From the NCBI GenBank assembly GCA_016873635.1, contig VGWJ01000011.1, forward strand, positions 678 to 64,677: a stretch of 64,000 nucleotides of DNA. The letters run 5' to 3'. The notes under the pieces are model-generated. The model was not told the origin of the DNA. It saw only the letters and a program-made list of their open reading frames with translations, and made no database searches. The stretch is from Lentisphaerota bacterium (GTDB lineage: Bacteria > Verrucomicrobiota > Kiritimatiellia > UBA8416 > VGWJ01). The position numbers and the translations under genes were made by a program. Shown in pieces: positions 61,495-64,000 of the stretch; the stretch's first letter is position 1, and each line of letters opens with the position of its first letter.

Positions 61495-62128
61495 CGTCCG
61501 AACGCTCGGCCTCCCGGGCCTGAGCCGACAATCCGAGCGTCTTGACGCGCTCGGCGGCACATATGGAACAGGGCGGACACAGCCCGCGCCCCTTCGCGTC
61601 TAACTCGGCTAGGTCCCTGTGGCCGGAAAGCGGACACCGGGGGAACGGACACTCCGGCAGCGCGAGGAGACCGGCAACGGCACGCAGGGCCTCCCTCTCG
61701 GCCCGTTCGTTGAAGAGCTGTCGCTGAAGGTCCGACTGTTGCCGCGCATCACGAAGGGTCGCGAGATTCAGGGCAGACACGGTCGCCGTCAGCCTTTGAA
61801 TCGACTTGTCCGGCTCGCCCTCCGCGGGTGGCGAGTCGACAATGAGCAGCACCAAGCGTTTTTTCGCCACGTCCCCGCGTATCCTCCTGGTGAGAAAGTC
61901 CGCCGGAAGTCCTTCCGAAAGCCCCGCCTCCTCGCGCTGTTCGACGGAGATGCCGTACCAACGCTCGACCCATGCCACCATGCGTGCCGCTAGATCGCCA
62001 GGGATGCCGGGAGCGTACAGGACCAGAACAGAGTCCTGTGTCTTCACCGCTTCCCCGCTGTCGGGTTGAGCGCCCTGGCCCAGGGCCGCTGCCGCGAGAA
62101 CCGATGCCATCAGAGTCAGACGTTTCAT
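61475..62128 (-). CDS. Exported archaemetzincin-like protein lacking HExxH
   Basis: Signal peptide; ERAEREALRAVAGLLALPECPFPRCPLS...ELDAKGRGLCPPC. Confidence 0.7.
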   Translation of the reverse strand: MKRLTLMASVLAAAALGQGAQPDSGEAVKTQDSVLVLYAPGIPGDLAARMVAWVERWYGISVEQREEAGLSEGLPADFLTRRIRGDVAKKRLVLLIVDSPPAEGEPDKSIQRLTATVSALNLATLRDARQQSDLQRQLFNERAEREALRAVAGLLALPECPFPRCPLSGHRDLAELDAKGRGLCPPCSICAAERVKTLGLSAQAREAERSDVSPGSP

Positions 62129-64000
62129 TCCGGCAGCCCTCCAGCCTTCTCTCGCGCCGCCGCGGCACCCCGTGCGTCACCCGCGGCCGCAAGGAACAGG
62201 GCGTAGTCCTCCCATAAATCGCGTCTTTCCGGGAGCTTGTCAATGGCTTGTCTGAGATCCGCAACGGCTCCGGCGATGTCGCCTAGAGTGCCACGATACC
62301 GTCCGCGCAGGGCAATCATCATCGGCGATCGCGGATAGGCGGCCAGCGCCCGGTCCAGGAAGACCTGCGCGACATCCGCTTTGCCGGCCCGCATCGCAAG
62401 CGTCGCAAGATAGTACAACGCCCAGAACTCGCGAGGACTGTAGTGGGCGGCAATCTGGTATTGGAAGAAGGCGTCCGCCAGTTTCCCCGAGAGCCGCAGG
62501 TTGTCGGCCGATGACAGCACGGTGGCGACGAGCTCCGTCCGTATGACGGGATTCTCCGGGGCCGTCGTCACGGCCTGCAGCAAAAGCTCCACGCATTCCT
62601 CGCCCTTGCCTTCCTCGCGCAGGACACCGGCGCGCAGGGTGTCGCGCAACGCGCTTCGGCCCCGCCGCATGCTGTCCAGATCCTCCGGCGCGAGCGCCGC
62701 CGTCCACCCCTCCGGGAACGCCGTGAAATGCTCAAGCAGGAGTTCTTGATTACGGTCCGGCATGTACCGCAGCGCGCTGAGCGGCGCGGAAAACTCGATG
62801 ATCGGCCGGTCGTCCGTGTTCAGGGGACCGGCCCCCGCCAACGCGCGGTCTTGGGACATGTCCGTCACCATCAGCCCGAGAATCGCCGCGTGGTCCTTGA
62901 AACCGATCTCCGCGAGCGACGCCTGCGCCGCCGGTATCGCCATGCGCGCCCGCATCGCGCCGGGGTCGAGACGAATACCGTCGCGGAATCCGATCAGAAT
63001 CGTATCAAACCCGGTGAAGAAGAGCAGGCTCTGCGGAAACGCGCGGACAAAGGAACGGATGATCGTCAGGCAGTCGCGGCCGGACAGCTCGTAGAGCGGC
63101 AGGTACTGCGCCATGACGCCGCCGGCGGCCAGACGCCTCCGGCAGATCTCGAAATGCTCCACAGTGTAGAGCGCCGCCGCGCCGGTCATGACGGGCTCGA
63201 AGGGATCGGACGTAATCACGTCATAGACTTCGCGCGTGGCGAGCATGTGGTTGCGGCCGTCGTTGATCGTGATCTTGAGATCCTGGCGGTCGAGCACGTT
63301 GTGGTTCCGGCCGCCCCACAGCCGCGCCACGTGCTTCACCACCGGCTCGATCTCGACCACCTCGTAGTGATCGAGGGGGTAACAGCCCAGCGCCCCGAGC
63401 GTCACGCCGGCGCCCAGTCCGATATTAACCGCGCGGCGGGGATTGGCGTGCAGAAGCATGGGAAGGTGGCCCATGAGCCGCTGCAGCGTCATGCTGCGCG
63501 GGCTCGTGTCGGCCTCCACTTTCCCGTCCATGCAGAAGAACATCTCCTCGTCGGCGGCCAGCGTGGTTGACACCGTGGCCGTGGCGCCTTCCTTGTAGAA
63601 GAGCAGCCGCTCCGAGGCCAATCTCGACCGCAGTATGATTTTCCCGTCCCGGATGAAGTTCCACGGCGCGAAATACGGACCGGCCGCCAGCGCCTTCGCG
63701 TCCCAGCGGGGCGACGCCAACAGGACGACCGCGGCGCAGACAGCCGCCCCCGTCCCCGCCATGGCAAGGGCGCGCCGGCGCGTCTCCGCAAGCGCCGCCG
63801 CGAGCACGGCGAGCAGAACCGACCCGACGGCAAGCAGAACCAGACAGTTGAAAATACCGATCCGCGGCAAAAGCACGAAACCCAGCACGAAAGCGCCCCC
63901 CGCCGCGCCGACGGTGTTCCACGCGTAGACCCTTCCCGCGGCGCCCGCCGCGGTCGCCCCAAGCCGCCGCGCGCCGGCCGCCAGCAAAGGCAACGCCATT
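62125..64000 (-). CDS. Fused membrane/spermidine-synthase-like protein with TPR tail, partial
   Basis: YAWNTVGA, IGLGAGVT, VEIEP, DGRNH, YDVITSDP, LYTVEHF. Confidence 0.85.
   Translation of the reverse strand, partial: MALPLLAAGARRLGATAAGAAGRVYAWNTVGAAGGAFVLGFVLLPRIGIFNCLVLLAVGSVLLAVLAAALAETRRRALAMAGTGAAVCAAVVLLASPRWDAKALAAGPYFAPWNFIRDGKIILRSRLASERLLFYKEGATATVSTTLAADEEMFFCMDGKVEADTSPRSMTLQRLMGHLPMLLHANPRRAVNIGLGAGVTLGALGCYPLDHYEVVEIEPVVKHVARLWGGRNHNVLDRQDLKITINDGRNHMLATREVYDVITSDPFEPVMTGAAALYTVEHFEICRRRLAAGGVMAQYLPLYELSGRDCLTIIRSFVRAFPQSLLFFTGFDTILIGFRDGIRLDPGAMRARMAIPAAQASLAEIGFKDHAAILGLMVTDMSQDRALAGAGPLNTDDRPIIEFSAPLSALRYMPDRNQELLLEHFTAFPEGWTAALAPEDLDSMRRGRSALRDTLRAGVLREEGKGEECVELLLQAVTTAPENPVIRTELVATVLSSADNLRLSGKLADAFFQYQIAAHYSPREFWALYYLATLAMRAGKADVAQVFLDRALAAYPRSPMMIALRGRYRGTLGDIAGAVADLRQAIDKLPERRDLWEDYALFLAAAGDARGAAAAREKAGGLPE

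Overview
Very GC-rich bacterial chromosomal window, probably a PVC-group anaerobe such as Kiritimatiellia/Lentisphaeria (inferred from gene content, not verified). It holds: a partial RHH antitoxin and two broken REP-associated tyrosine transposase (RAYT) genes; a Moco/W-cofactor operon (MobB-like::mobA, moeA, moaA, moaC, MOSC::mogA) divergent from modE-like, AlgE-like porin and tupABC, with a 23-bp ModE-type box between them; nikR, a rubrerythrin-like gene, envelope glyco/acyltransferases, nadE, uvrC, degP, cobO, a PhpK-like B12 radical SAM, a GH28-like enzyme and clpB with a consensus sigma-54 promoter; a GldAFG-like ABC/DUF4340 block followed by a MoxR-DUF58-Bat operon; a 2-oxoacid:ferredoxin oxidoreductase operon; carboxynorspermidine genes; a UAP1-type pyrophosphorylase; a DUF2723-TPR gene; an RsuA/RluB pseudouridine synthase; a catalytically dead archaemetzincin; and a partial membrane spermidine-synthase-like gene. 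The most unusual signal is the repeat content. Several REP-like families are inserted in frame inside genes, and an exactly 33-bp hairpin mini-element occurs four times, always nested at a GCC site inside GTAG-type REPs; an empty REP copy is also present. No rRNA, tRNA or CRISPR array was recognised.
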